Part shown: one piece after another, positions 1-10,039 of the stretch
Layout of the letters: each line of letters begins with the position of its first letter
Numbering within the stretch: the stretch's first letter is position 1
From: Mayamaea pseudoterrestris
Taxonomy: Eukaryota
Reading direction: 5' to 3'
Length of the DNA stretch: 64,000 nt
NCBI GenBank assembly: GCA_027923505.1
Contig: BROI01000011.1
Location: 186,001-250,000 of the forward strand
Position numbers and translations under genes: made by a program
Notes under the pieces: model-generated
The model's input: the letters and a program-made list of their open reading frames with translations, nothing else
Database searches by the model: none
Told to the model about the DNA's origin: nothing

Positions 1-362
1 TGGAGCCTGCCAGACCACTGCGCTGAGCTTGATCATAGATCAACTTTGTGGAGCACATTACATCATGCATGAGAACCATGATAAAGCAGCTATATCTTGC
101 AAGGACACTTCCTTGTTGCATGAGACTGACTTGTTGATTCCTGGAATGAGTGTCTGTAGCCTTGGAACCTGCCAGACCACTGTGCTGAGCTTGATCATGG
201 ATTAACATTGTGGAGCGCATTTACCGCATGCGTGTGATTCTTGTTACAGCAGCCAAGTCTTGTAAGGTCACATTCATGTTGCATGAGACAGATCTTTTCA
301 TTCCCAGAATTGTTGTCTGTAGCCTTGGAGCCAGCCATGCCATGGCGCTGAGCTTTATCATA
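1..362. repeat. Satellite A, left block: diverged 162-163 bp tandem repeat (continues beyond the window start)
   Basis: The motif CCTGCCAGACCACTG(C/T)GCTGAGCTTGATCA starts at 6 and 168, with a diverged copy at 331 (spacing 162, 163). Confidence 0.85.
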
Positions 363-2290
363 ACTCCGCACATTCAACAAGTGGTTGAATGTGCCAGCGT
401 TGCACCCTTTTTGGCTACAAGAACCAGCAGTGTTGCCAGTTGTGCCCTCCCATCCATTTCAGTTCATGTTTGGTATCATGATGGGTCAATGTTTATGTCA
501 GTTGCACCCATTCCAGTCTCCACCACCATGTATGCCATGGTGAGACTCAGCAGGTTGTTGGATCTGCTAGCAGTGCACCTCAAGTGGCACTTCAGACTGC
601 CAGAATGACTTGACAAATCTGGAATACAAAGAGAATACGTTTTTCATATTGATTGGGACCCACAGACTTGTCAGTTTGGGTGTGGAAGCCAACACTTTGC
701 CCTGAGATTCCACACATTCAACAAGTGGTTGAATGTGCCAGCGGTGCACCCTTTTTGGCCACAAGAACCATCAGTGTTGCCAGTTGAGCCCTCCAATCCA
801 TTTCAATTCATGTTTGGTGTCATGATGGGCCAATGCTTAGGTCAGTTGCATCCATTCCAGTCTCCACCACCATGTATGCCATGGTGAGACTCAGCAGGTT
901 GTTGGATCTGCTAGCAGTGCACCTCAAGTGGCACTTCAGACTGCCAGAATGGCCTGACAACTCTGGAATACAAAGAAAAACGTTTTTATATTGATTGAGA
1001 CTCATAGACTTGTCAGTTTGGGTGTGGAAACCAACACTTTGCCCTGAGACTCCGCACATTCAACAAGTGGTTGAATGTGCCAGTGGTGCACCCTTTTTGG
1101 CCACAAGAACCAACAGTGTTGCCAGTTGAGCCCTCCAATTCATTTTATTTCATGTTTGGTGTCATGATGGGCCAATGCTTAGGTCAGTCACACCCATTCC
1201 AGTCTCCACCACCATGTATGCCATTGTGAGACTCAGCAGGTTGTTGGATCTGCTAGCAGTGCACCTCAAGTGGCACTTCAGACTGCCAGAATGGCCTGCC
1301 AATTTTGGAATACAAAGAGAATACGTTTTTATATTGATTGGGACTCATAGACTTGTCAGTTTGGGTGTGGAAGCCAACTTTTTGCCCTGAGACTCCGCAC
1401 ATTCAACAAGTGGTTGAATGTGCCAGCGGTGCACCCTTTTTGGCCACAAGAACCATCAGTGTTGCCAGATGAGCCCTCCAATCCATTTCTTTTGATGTTT
1501 GGTGTCATGATGGGCCAATGCTTAGATCAGTTGCATCCATTCCAGTCTCCACCACCATGTATGCCATGGTGAGACTCTGCAGGTTGTTGGATCTGCTAGC
1601 AGTGCACCTCATGTGGCACTTCAGACTGCCAGAATGGCCTGCCAAATCTGGAATACAAAGAGAATACGTTTTTTATATTGATTGGGACCCACAGACTTGT
1701 CAGTTTGGGTGTGGAAGCCAACACTTTGCCCTGAGATTCCACACATTCAACAAGTGGTTGAATGTGCCAGCGGTGCACCCTTTTTGGCCACAAGAACCAT
1801 CAGTGTTGCCAGTTGAGCCCTCCAATCCATTTCAATTCATGTTTGGTGTCATGATGGGCCAATGCTTAGGTCAGTTGCATCCATTCCAGTCTCCACCACC
1901 ATGTATGCCATGGTGAGACTCAGCAGGTTGTTGGATCTGCTAGCAGTGCACCTCAAGTGGCACTTCAGACTGCCAGAATGGCCTGACAACTCTGGAATAC
2001 AAAGAAAAACGTTTTTATATTGATTGAGACTCATAGACTTGTCAGTTTGGGTGTGGAAACCAACACTTTGCCCTGAGACTCCGCACATTCAACAAGTGGT
2101 TGAATGTGCCAGTGGTGCACCCTTTTTGGCCACAAGAACCAACAGTGTTGCCAGTTGAGCCCTCCAATTCATTTTATTTCATGTTTGGTGTCATGATGGG
2201 CCAATGCTTAGGTCAGTCACACCCATTCCAGTCTCCACCACCATGTATGCCATGGTGAGAGTCAGCAGATCCAACAACACCTCAAGTGGC
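363..2290. repeat. Satellite B: ~5.6 tandem copies of a 342-344 bp monomer
   Basis: The anchor CATTCAACAAGTGGTTGAATGTG recurs at 371, 715, 1057, 1400, 1744 and 2086. ORF-track peptides at 820-1059 and 1849-2088 are identical (offset 1029). Confidence 0.97.
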
Positions 2291-2304
2291 AAGCAAGAGT
2301 TCAA

Positions 2305-2755
2305 AAAATCTTTTGATTCCCGGAACGAGTGTCTGTAGCCTTGTGTTTGTCAGATCATGGCGCCAAGCTTGATCACGGATAAATTTGTGGAGCACTTTCA
2401 GAGCATGCATGAGCTCCTTGTTGAAGCAGCCAAATTTTTGCAAGGTCATTTTCATATTGCATGAGACTGATCTTGTCATTCCCGGAATGAGTGTATGTAT
2501 CCTTGGAGCCTGCCAGACCACTGCGCTGTGCTCAATCATAGATTGACTTTGTTGAGCACATTCATAGCATGCGTGAGATCTTTGTTTGAGCAACCAAGTC
2601 TTGCACCGTCACATTCATGTTGCGCAAGATGGAACTTTTGATACCCGGAATGAGTGTATGTAGCCTTAGGCTTGTCAGACAAAAGCGCTGAGCTTGATCA
2701 CTGATCATCTTTGTTGAGCGCCTTTACAGCATGCGTGAGATCCTTGTTGGAGCTT
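2305..2755. repeat. Satellite A, right block (162-163 bp units)
   Basis: CCCGGAA anchors lie at 2319, 2481 and 2644. The GGAGCCTGCCAGACCACTGCGCT motif seen at position 2 recurs at 2505. Confidence 0.85.
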
Positions 2756-3241
2756 AGCTATACCCATGGTGTAAGCTCCCAGACTTTTTTGTGGAATTTG
2801 ATTTTGCACATGTGATTGGCACACCCTGGACATGTGTCGTCTGGCTCATGGTGTGGTTCAGTTGACAGGGCATTAGGAATTTCCTAGCATGACTCCTAAT
2901 CTTGGGGTTTTGGTCATACTCATGATGTAGACCTCTAGGAGATAACTAACAATTTCATGGCTCTGCATACTCACTATTTTTTGTTTGTGGTACATGCAAT
3001 GTTAGATGTTAGTGGAACCAGTGCTCTAGCGTTGTAAATGATAGCTAAGCAAGTTGCACACTTTGATCCATAGTACTGGTACGTTCGATCGTTGGCAAGA
3101 TACCATTTTTAATGTCGCAGTGCAGAGTTTTTGAAACTGAACGGTTGCCGTTTTTTGAAAACCCCACGCAAGAGACAGTTTCTGATCATCGTCTTGACTT
3201 TCGTGTTGTTTGACAAATACAAACGCTATATTTACATCAAT

Positions 3242-4807
3242 ATGACTGCTATAAATATGTATCGCTTGATCGCTTGTTTCGTGATTGCGTCGAGCGTCTG
3301 TAGCATGCCGCGACATGATTCGAATGTGCATCGAATCGCAGCTGTCTCGGATTCAGACAGCGGGTCACAGAGCGGATCCATTTCGACCGGAACGTACCTT
3401 GACTACTACAACGACAAGAACGACAACTACTTTGTTCCTTCGACTGCAACGGAAGATGAGGATGGTGACGATGAAGACGACGACAACGAGGAGGAAGACT
3501 CAACTGCGACAAGTGAACAGGAGGACGAGGAGGAAGCAAACAATGAACAGCTGCCGCATCAGTCCTACTGGTGGACGAACCACAACCAAGTGTCGACGAC
3601 GGAAGACGATTATGACGGAGAGGTCGCAGCAGAAGAAGACGACGACGATGGCAGTGACGGTGATGATGATTTACAGCCCAGCAATGTTGCAGATGGTCCA
3701 TCAGCGTTCGATGCTGCTGATTACTTCAGCGGCAATGGAGGCGAGTCACAAGCCAATGGCAATCAAGACGAAAAAACTTTTGCTCCATCAAACATATTTG
3801 ACGCCCAGGGCGAAGAAGCGGACGATACCTTTGCACCAACGCCGCTCAAGAATCGCGGTTTCGCTGGCGCAGGATTCACATCAGACTTTCCGTCAATTGT
3901 TCCTTCCGGTGCAGCCATCTTTGGCGCAAACGGCGGCTTGGAAGACCAGTCGGATTATCCAAGCTTGATGCCGTCCATGATTTTGGAAGATCAAACACCA
4001 ACTCAGCGAGTTGTTTCTGATTATCCATCTGATTTACCAAGTTTCCTTCCGTCGCCTCTTCAGTCGAGTTCCGTTCCAAGCGATCAACCTTCCTTGCAAT
4101 TCAGCGTACAGGCGAGTAACTCTCCGAGCGACCTACCTTCCATGCAGCCAAGTTCTTTTCCAAGTACGCATCCATCAGATTTGCCGAGCTTGCAGCCATC
4201 AGACTTTCCAAGCTTACAACCCGATAGTCCTGCGCCGACTGTTGTTACGACGAGTCTTGACAGTCAACTTATCATATCGGACCTTCCAAGCTCGCAACCA
4301 AGTCAAGCAAGTATCTCGTCGGGAGCGACGCAACAACCGACTCCCAGCGGCAATGTAGTAGTTCGACCAGCTGCTGGAACTGACAATGATGCCAAAGCAA
4401 CTGCAGAGGTAGATAAAGCTACCGCAGAGACCAAGGGAACGGCAAGCGAACCATTCACTCAAGCATCAATTGACACGAGTAGCGACGCCAAAACCTTTAT
4501 TGACTCGCCCAAGGCAGCATCGCTACTCAGTGGAGGAATATTTGTGGCAGTGGCAATTATAGCGTACGCGGCCTACATGTTCATGAGCAAAAAGAATGAC
4601 GTTTCAAAGCTCGGCTTGGCACCGACGACTGGATCCAACAGTCTCGACGACAACACCAGTGAGGACGGCGACGAGCACACTCCAAGCAGTCCAGTGGCAG
4701 CTCAAGGTGGTGTTCGACCAGCCACGACTCCCGAGCAGCTCAACTATCATGCGGCTAATGGACTCCCCGTGTTGGATGATTCCGTCATTACGCTCGTCGA
4801 GTCGTAA
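3242..4807 (+). CDS. Acidic, Pro/Ser-repeat (mucin-like) single-pass type I membrane protein
   Basis: ATG at 3242 or 3257. Signal peptide (MYRLIACFVIASSVCS), D/E tracts, (PSDLPSxx)n repeats, a C-terminal TM helix (IFVAVAIIAYAAYMFM-SKK) and a short tail. Confidence 0.85.
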   Translation: MTAINMYRLIACFVIASSVCSMPRHDSNVHRIAAVSDSDSGSQSGSISTGTYLDYYNDKNDNYFVPSTATEDEDGDDEDDDNEEEDSTATSEQEDEEEANNEQLPHQSYWWTNHNQVSTTEDDYDGEVAAEEDDDDGSDGDDDLQPSNVADGPSAFDAADYFSGNGGESQANGNQDEKTFAPSNIFDAQGEEADDTFAPTPLKNRGFAGAGFTSDFPSIVPSGAAIFGANGGLEDQSDYPSLMPSMILEDQTPTQRVVSDYPSDLPSFLPSPLQSSSVPSDQPSLQFSVQASNSPSDLPSMQPSSFPSTHPSDLPSLQPSDFPSLQPDSPAPTVVTTSLDSQLIISDLPSSQPSQASISSGATQQPTPSGNVVVRPAAGTDNDAKATAEVDKATAETKGTASEPFTQASIDTSSDAKTFIDSPKAASLLSGGIFVAVAIIAYAAYMFMSKKNDVSKLGLAPTTGSNSLDDNTSEDGDEHTPSSPVAAQGGVRPATTPEQLNYHAANGLPVLDDSVITLVES

Positions 4808-5116
4808 CAGGATTTGACAAAATGTTTCGACTCCCACTTGTATGCTGTTTCTCAGTCAGTCGTTCTTCAAACACGCACACACGCACCTTTCAGTGGTTCT
4901 TTCCGCTTTTGAGGGCGACATGGCTTATTGTTGTTATTGTAATGAATAATAATCTACGTAGTGTATTTCGTTGATTCATCTACCTATCACATGTTTATTT
5001 ATATTTGGTAGTTGCATGGACACGGACGATAAATGACCCATCCGGCTGCAAAGTCACAATAGAGACAAGCTGGGACACGAAAGAGTTCTTTAATACTAAT
5101 GCATTGATACCTGCGA

Positions 5117-6505
5117 TTAGTATGTTGCTTCCCTCGGATGGTTCCGCAACTTTCGATTATTCGCTCTCCATTTATGCGGCAGCTCTCTCACCGGCCGATC
5201 AAACACTTGCAACGTTTCCAAAAACTCGTCTCCATTCGGCGGCTCGTTGGCGCTGCGGTAGGCCTTGACCATGCTGGAATCCAGTAAACCTTGCTCACGC
5301 GCGTGCAGCAGCATGCCGCGGGCAATGTGTCCCTTGCTGCGCGACTGCGGCAAGTATTTGGCCACGACTTGTAGCAAGTACGTGTACGTGGCGCTATTGC
5401 AAGAGTGCAGTAGACTTTCGGATAAAACGTCAAAGACGGAAAAGGTCAAGTGAATGGCATCGTCGCGGCGCTCCATGTTACGTGGCGATTGGTCGGATAA
5501 ATCGTAAGGTAGTTCGGCGGCAACGCGAATCGAAGCGTTATAGGATTGCAGCGTCGGTCGCGTGTGCCATAGCTTGTTGGAAGCGTCGCCTCCATCGAGT
5601 TCGTGCCGCAGCATCAAGTCTTCCCATAGCAAGTAGGTTTCGCGTGCCGTCACAACATGAGCTTGGCAAGCCATGGCATCCAACAACACATCGTACATGT
5701 GTGTTGTTGGACCTGGGTGGCTAAAGTCTTGCATGTAGGTTGGTTCATTTGTTGCTAAAGTTGCATTATTTTCGTTGTCGTCGTCTGAGTCAGATTCGGA
5801 ATCCGAAGACGAATCCGAATCCTCCATAGCTTGTTCGCCACTCAACTCGTTGACATCATCCTGCAAGGATTGTACACTTTCAAATACTTGCTTCGCATGT
5901 ATCAGTTCCGTGTTATTTCCATCTTCACTCTCAGCGTCATTCTCCAGTACAATTTCATGCGCATTCACTCTCGGTCCCTGCGTTTCCTCCAACCGCGCCG
6001 CCCGCAGCTGCATGTAGCTCAATCCTTCGTTCGACAAGCGATCCAAGAGTCGTTGCATCACATCAATCGTTTCCATGGCTTGATCGTTGGAAATTTCACA
6101 AGAAGGTTCCTGCAGCAGCCAGCGACTCCACGTTGTGCCAGGCAGTGAGTGGGCGTGTCCGCGCAAGACGTATTCCGTTTTTTGCACGCAGTCATCGGCA
6201 ATACTCCACGCTTGGTCGGCGGAATCTTGATCCACTTGGTAGGTAAACAACGATCCGATTGGTGCATTCAGTAGCTGGCGCGTGATTTGCGTCTTGAGTG
6301 TTTGGTTGGTGCACACCAATGGAAGCTTGCGGTGCGAGTGGCGCGTTGGAAGTCGGGCAGCAGCAGATGAAGGAGGTGATGAAGGTGATGCTGCAGAATT
6401 CGTTAAATCATCTTTGGATCGAGGAATAGATGCTGCTGCAGTAGACAGACTCCGCTGCAATTGACGGCGGCGGTGACCAGCCGATAATTTCGTGGAAAGC
6501 ATCAT
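5117..6505 (-). CDS. Organelle-targeted pentatricopeptide-repeat-like protein
   Basis: First ATG at 6505 gives an R/S-rich presequence (MMLSTKLSAGHRRRQLQRSLST). PPR-like helices PTTHMYDVLLDAMA, PTLQSYNASIRVAA and NSATYTYLLQVVAK; C-terminal LPHKWRAN. Confidence 0.7.
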   Translation of the reverse strand: MMLSTKLSAGHRRRQLQRSLSTAAASIPRSKDDLTNSAASPSSPPSSAAARLPTRHSHRKLPLVCTNQTLKTQITRQLLNAPIGSLFTYQVDQDSADQAWSIADDCVQKTEYVLRGHAHSLPGTTWSRWLLQEPSCEISNDQAMETIDVMQRLLDRLSNEGLSYMQLRAARLEETQGPRVNAHEIVLENDAESEDGNNTELIHAKQVFESVQSLQDDVNELSGEQAMEDSDSSSDSESDSDDDNENNATLATNEPTYMQDFSHPGPTTHMYDVLLDAMACQAHVVTARETYLLWEDLMLRHELDGGDASNKLWHTRPTLQSYNASIRVAAELPYDLSDQSPRNMERRDDAIHLTFSVFDVLSESLLHSCNSATYTYLLQVVAKYLPQSRSKGHIARGMLLHAREQGLLDSSMVKAYRSANEPPNGDEFLETLQVFDRPVRELPHKWRANNRKLRNHPREATY

Positions 6506-6722
6506 GGTAAAGTGATTGATGCGAGCAACCGAATTTGTGCGAGTTGAGCGGATGATGACGGTTGGTGCTGCGACATCGGGCGACTTTGACAAAAATAACC
6601 TGATAGATTCTCAGCGATGCATCGCTGCATAGTATATATCTAAATCCGACCATTTCTCTAACCTCACTTTCTAAACAATGATTAAACTCCCAACACATAG
6701 ATCAGCTAGCTGTTTTTTATTA

Positions 6723-8069
6723 TTATGACGAAAATACTTTCATGAAGGCTTGCTTGATGGAATCTATGCTTCCCTTTTGCTTGTCCACCGCGGGAAGGAG
6801 CAAGTCACTGGCCTTGCTCACAGGGCGAAAGTTCTCGGGAAAGACATCAGACTGTGACAAAAGCTCACACTGGGTAGGACTGGCGCAGTAAATGTCCTCG
6901 ACAATTTCCCTGAATGGCACCCATCGGTTTTCCTTGGCCGACTTGTCGGCGGCAATGGCCATGATCAAGGCGACCAAACCATCCTCGCCAGTGCATGGAA
7001 CAGGCGTATCATTGACCAAGGACTGGCAAAAAGCAATCGTTTCCGAAACGTACGCTTCATTGTAGCGACTCAGGAAAAAGTCAAAGGGCATGTCGGCGTT
7101 TCCAGTAAAGTCGCTCTTGTAAATCTTGGCCGTGTTGGGGTAAACGTTGTCAGTCAACACCATGCCCTTGGTGCCTAGTACTTCGGCGCGCTGGTCGTAG
7201 CCGAAAGACGACTGCCGACAAACGTCAATCATGGCCGTGACTCCGCCCGGGTATCTCACCAGGCAACTGGCCGTGTCGTACTTTTCCGAACCGTCCAACA
7301 CTTCAATGCTCTTGTCGATGTGACAAGATCCAACCGCCAATATCTCAATCGGATCCGCTCCAGCCAAGAACCGACTCATGTCCAAATCATGCACCGCCAT
7401 GTCGGCAAAGATACCGCCTCCTCCCTTGACATACGAAAACGGCGGTGGCGACGGATCCCGACTACACAACTTGATTATGATTGGTTCACCCACTTCCTTG
7501 GCCTGCACGGCGGATCGGACGCGCATAAAGTTTTGATCAAACCGACGCTGCAGTCCAATCATGAGCTTGACGCCAGCCTCGTTGCAGGCATTAATGGCTT
7601 CGACCGTTTCCGTCAACTCGGTGGCAATTGGCTTTTCGCAGAAGACGTGCTTGTTGTGGGCGGCGCACGCCTTAATTTGCTCGGCGTGAAAGGCGGATGG
7701 CGAGCAAATCCAAACGGCGTCAACGTTTGGGTCGGTGATCACGTCCATGGCATCCGAAGTCACTTTGGGAACGTTGTACGTCTTTGCGGCGGCTTCGGCC
7801 TTGGAAATGGTTGGATTTTGAACAATGGTGCAAGTCACGCCTGGTGCCTTGCTAATGGCTTCCAAATGCACCAATCCGATGCGCCCCATGCCAATGACAC
7901 CAACCTTGATGTTTTCCTTGACGTTTGCGTTGTCGACTGCCGTCATGGAGAGCGATGAAGACGAGGTTGCTGCTGCTCGAAACGCAAAGGAGGCTCGCGG
8001 CGCAACGCCGGAGAATCCATGGCTCGATGCAACGAGCGTTGCGAGAAGAAGGATGGTCGATTTTGTCAT
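6723..8069 (-). CDS. myo-inositol 2-dehydrogenase-like oxidoreductase (Gfo/Idh/MocA family) with bipartite presequence
   Basis: Rossmann VGVIGMGRIG, CEKP, GLQRRFD, DMAVHDLD and GYDQRAEVLG motifs as in IolG. Signal peptide followed by SHG-FSG. Confidence 0.9.
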   Translation of the reverse strand: MTKSTILLLATLVASSHGFSGVAPRASFAFRAAATSSSSLSMTAVDNANVKENIKVGVIGMGRIGLVHLEAISKAPGVTCTIVQNPTISKAEAAAKTYNVPKVTSDAMDVITDPNVDAVWICSPSAFHAEQIKACAAHNKHVFCEKPIATELTETVEAINACNEAGVKLMIGLQRRFDQNFMRVRSAVQAKEVGEPIIIKLCSRDPSPPPFSYVKGGGGIFADMAVHDLDMSRFLAGADPIEILAVGSCHIDKSIEVLDGSEKYDTASCLVRYPGGVTAMIDVCRQSSFGYDQRAEVLGTKGMVLTDNVYPNTAKIYKSDFTGNADMPFDFFLSRYNEAYVSETIAFCQSLVNDTPVPCTGEDGLVALIMAIAADKSAKENRWVPFREIVEDIYCASPTQCELLSQSDVFPENFRPVSKASDLLLPAVDKQKGSIDSIKQAFMKVFSS

Positions 8070-8414
8070 TGTATACTATGCAGTTGGAGTGAAATGTGTT
8101 GCTGCTATGTTTACTCGACAGGTAGGTTGTCGACGACTGGGGCTTGCTTGGATGAGCGACGGACGAAGTCGGTGCGTTTCGTTGTTGACATTGATCTTGA
8201 AGAAAGATCGCGAAGATCGTGACGTCGAAGGCGCGGCGCAACGAAAACAGACGCGTTGCGACATCCGTTTTCTACCGTGCCCGACGCGTGTGCGCACACG
8301 CAGGCGGCCAGGATAGTTTAGCAAATCGATCATAATTTTGGCAATAGAGCAACCTAATACATCGTGCAGCTTGGTCATTCATGTTCGTAGTTGTATGTAA
8401 ATGTTACCAGTTTC

Positions 8415-9020
8415 TTACACAAGAACAAACGGCACGAGACAAAGCAACGGTCCAGCGTAAACTGCCACACTCATTAAATCCTTTGGCACCAGCTGCATCA
8501 AACCCAGCGTTGCCGTAAACCACGATAGTATCAACGCCAGTCGCGACGCCGTCTTGTGCCAGTAGCGAATCGTTTGGTTCGTCTTGTCAACGCCAAAGTC
8601 TGGATGCAAAAAGACGGAACCAGCCAAGCCCACGCCAAAGCAAGCAATCACAACGACGAGTCCAATCTTGGCGTGCGTGGTCTTTAGATGTGGATATCCA
8701 TTCAGCTCCTTGTTATTGTAGATGATCCAAACGCCGGCAGCGTTTGCAACCATGGACAGGAATCCTAAAACGGCATGAATCTTGGTATTGGTATAACCGC
8801 CAAGCTTCTTCGTGACTGCACCGACACCAGCGAATCCTACCATGCCGCACGTCATGAGCAACGGATGCCACGAAAAGTAGCGCCACTGTCCCGTTGGCCG
8901 GGTGCCGGCAAAGTAGCCGCCTCCCAGTGAGATTGCCACAAGAATGACGACGAGAATAACGTAGCGAGTTGGACTCGGCTTGTCCGGTGTGTATGATCCA
9001 AGTAATCCTTTATTGCCCAT
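8415..9020 (-). CDS. Cytochrome b561 domain membrane protein
   Basis: About five TM helices with four candidate heme-ligand His: FSWHPLLM, KIHAVL, TTHAKIG, YWHK. Confidence 0.85.
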   Translation of the reverse strand: MGNKGLLGSYTPDKPSPTRYVILVVILVAISLGGGYFAGTRPTGQWRYFSWHPLLMTCGMVGFAGVGAVTKKLGGYTNTKIHAVLGFLSMVANAAGVWIIYNNKELNGYPHLKTTHAKIGLVVVIACFGVGLAGSVFLHPDFGVDKTNQTIRYWHKTASRLALILSWFTATLGLMQLVPKDLMSVAVYAGPLLCLVPFVLV

Positions 9021-9514
9021 TGTGAATTATCCAATTTGAGTGAAGGCTGCAATATATAGTCTATCTGCACAAGAAATGCTGCTTGTTGTAGGAAGGCCGA
9101 TGCGGCGTTGAAGAGAAGGCGTGCAGATGCTTGTCGACGCGAAGATCTTAATCTGCGTCGTATGTGACGTCGCAGCGGGAACGAATCGCATCAGCTATCG
9201 CGGAAACACACGGAGGCACGCAAATCACGTGCTATCTAAACCGATTGCTCAATATGCGTCGGCCAAAAATTATAAACTACGCTGTTAAGTTTTAAACATT
9301 TGATTATGGATTGAAAGAGGAAGCACTTTCCTTACTTTAAATGCCAGACTCTCGGATAGAAAAGTGCCAAATGTACATTGTACATGCATAGGCCATCGGC
9401 AATCAGGACGATATCATCCAATATCCTCGTCGCAGATTGCTCCGACGACATACGACTTCAGTTTTCGTCAAGACTTATTCGCGACGGCATATAAGATGCA
9501 TCTATACTAGCAAT

Positions 9515-10039
9515 TCACCCAATCTTGTGGGCCGCAATCATATCTACCAACTCCTGCCGACTTATAGCACCTTCGAAATGCGAAGCATCATTTTCATTTC
9601 CAGAATCTAGTCGTTCCAAAGCATCCTGCAAGGCAAACAACCGTTCCTGCCGGTCAAAGCTCGCCCAGTTGCCAATTTCATAAGTTTCGCGAAAGCATCC
9701 AATGCAGATTGCACCGTCGTAAAAGTCGGAATTGTAGCGACAAATTCTGACGCATGGTGTTGTTCGTGCGGTAGGAACAGTTTTGGCAGCTTGATTGACC
9801 TGTTTATGCTCGCCGTCGTGGCGCTTATCGTTTATCGGAGAAGCATCATTGGTATCGGTCGATTTCGAAAATACAATCTGTTTCGTTGCTGCATCGCTGT
9901 AGCGGTTTGATCTGCTTCGAAAAGATGTGCTTCCCCTTGCTACTAGAGCATTACATGATACGACAATAGAGAAGATTTTAAATAGGAGTAGCAACCAATG
10001 TTTAATGGCATTGCGGCAGCGGCAGCGGCAATCCGCCAT
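9515..10039 (-). CDS. DUF1289-like small Cys-motif protein with N-terminal targeting sequence
   Basis: TPCVRICRY...ICIGCFRETYEIGNW matches the DUF1289 pattern (PC..iC.....C.GC.R...EI..W). ATG at 10039 precedes a hydrophobic signal-like segment. Confidence 0.75.
   Translation of the reverse strand: MADCRCRCRNAIKHWLLLLFKIFSIVVSCNALVARGSTSFRSRSNRYSDAATKQIVFSKSTDTNDASPINDKRHDGEHKQVNQAAKTVPTARTTPCVRICRYNSDFYDGAICIGCFRETYEIGNWASFDRQERLFALQDALERLDSGNENDASHFEGAISRQELVDMIAAHKIG

Noticed and set aside
363..2290. CRISPR array or tandem snRNA/5S genes (palindromic motif; CCTTTTTGGCTACAAG is faintly U2-like)
   Set aside because: Sequence between the palindromes is itself repeated, so there are no unique spacers, and no cas genes are present. 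The U2 resemblance does not extend to the branch-pairing or Sm regions.
195..2593. Short ORFs in the satellite block
   Set aside because: They recur with the repeat period, shift frame between monomers of 342/343/344 bp and show no protein motif; they are by-products of the repeat.
8215..9235. TGACGT/CACGTG bZIP-type boxes upstream of the dehydrogenase and cytochrome b561 genes
   Set aside because: Hexamers are expected many times by chance in 64 kb, and there is no supporting evidence.
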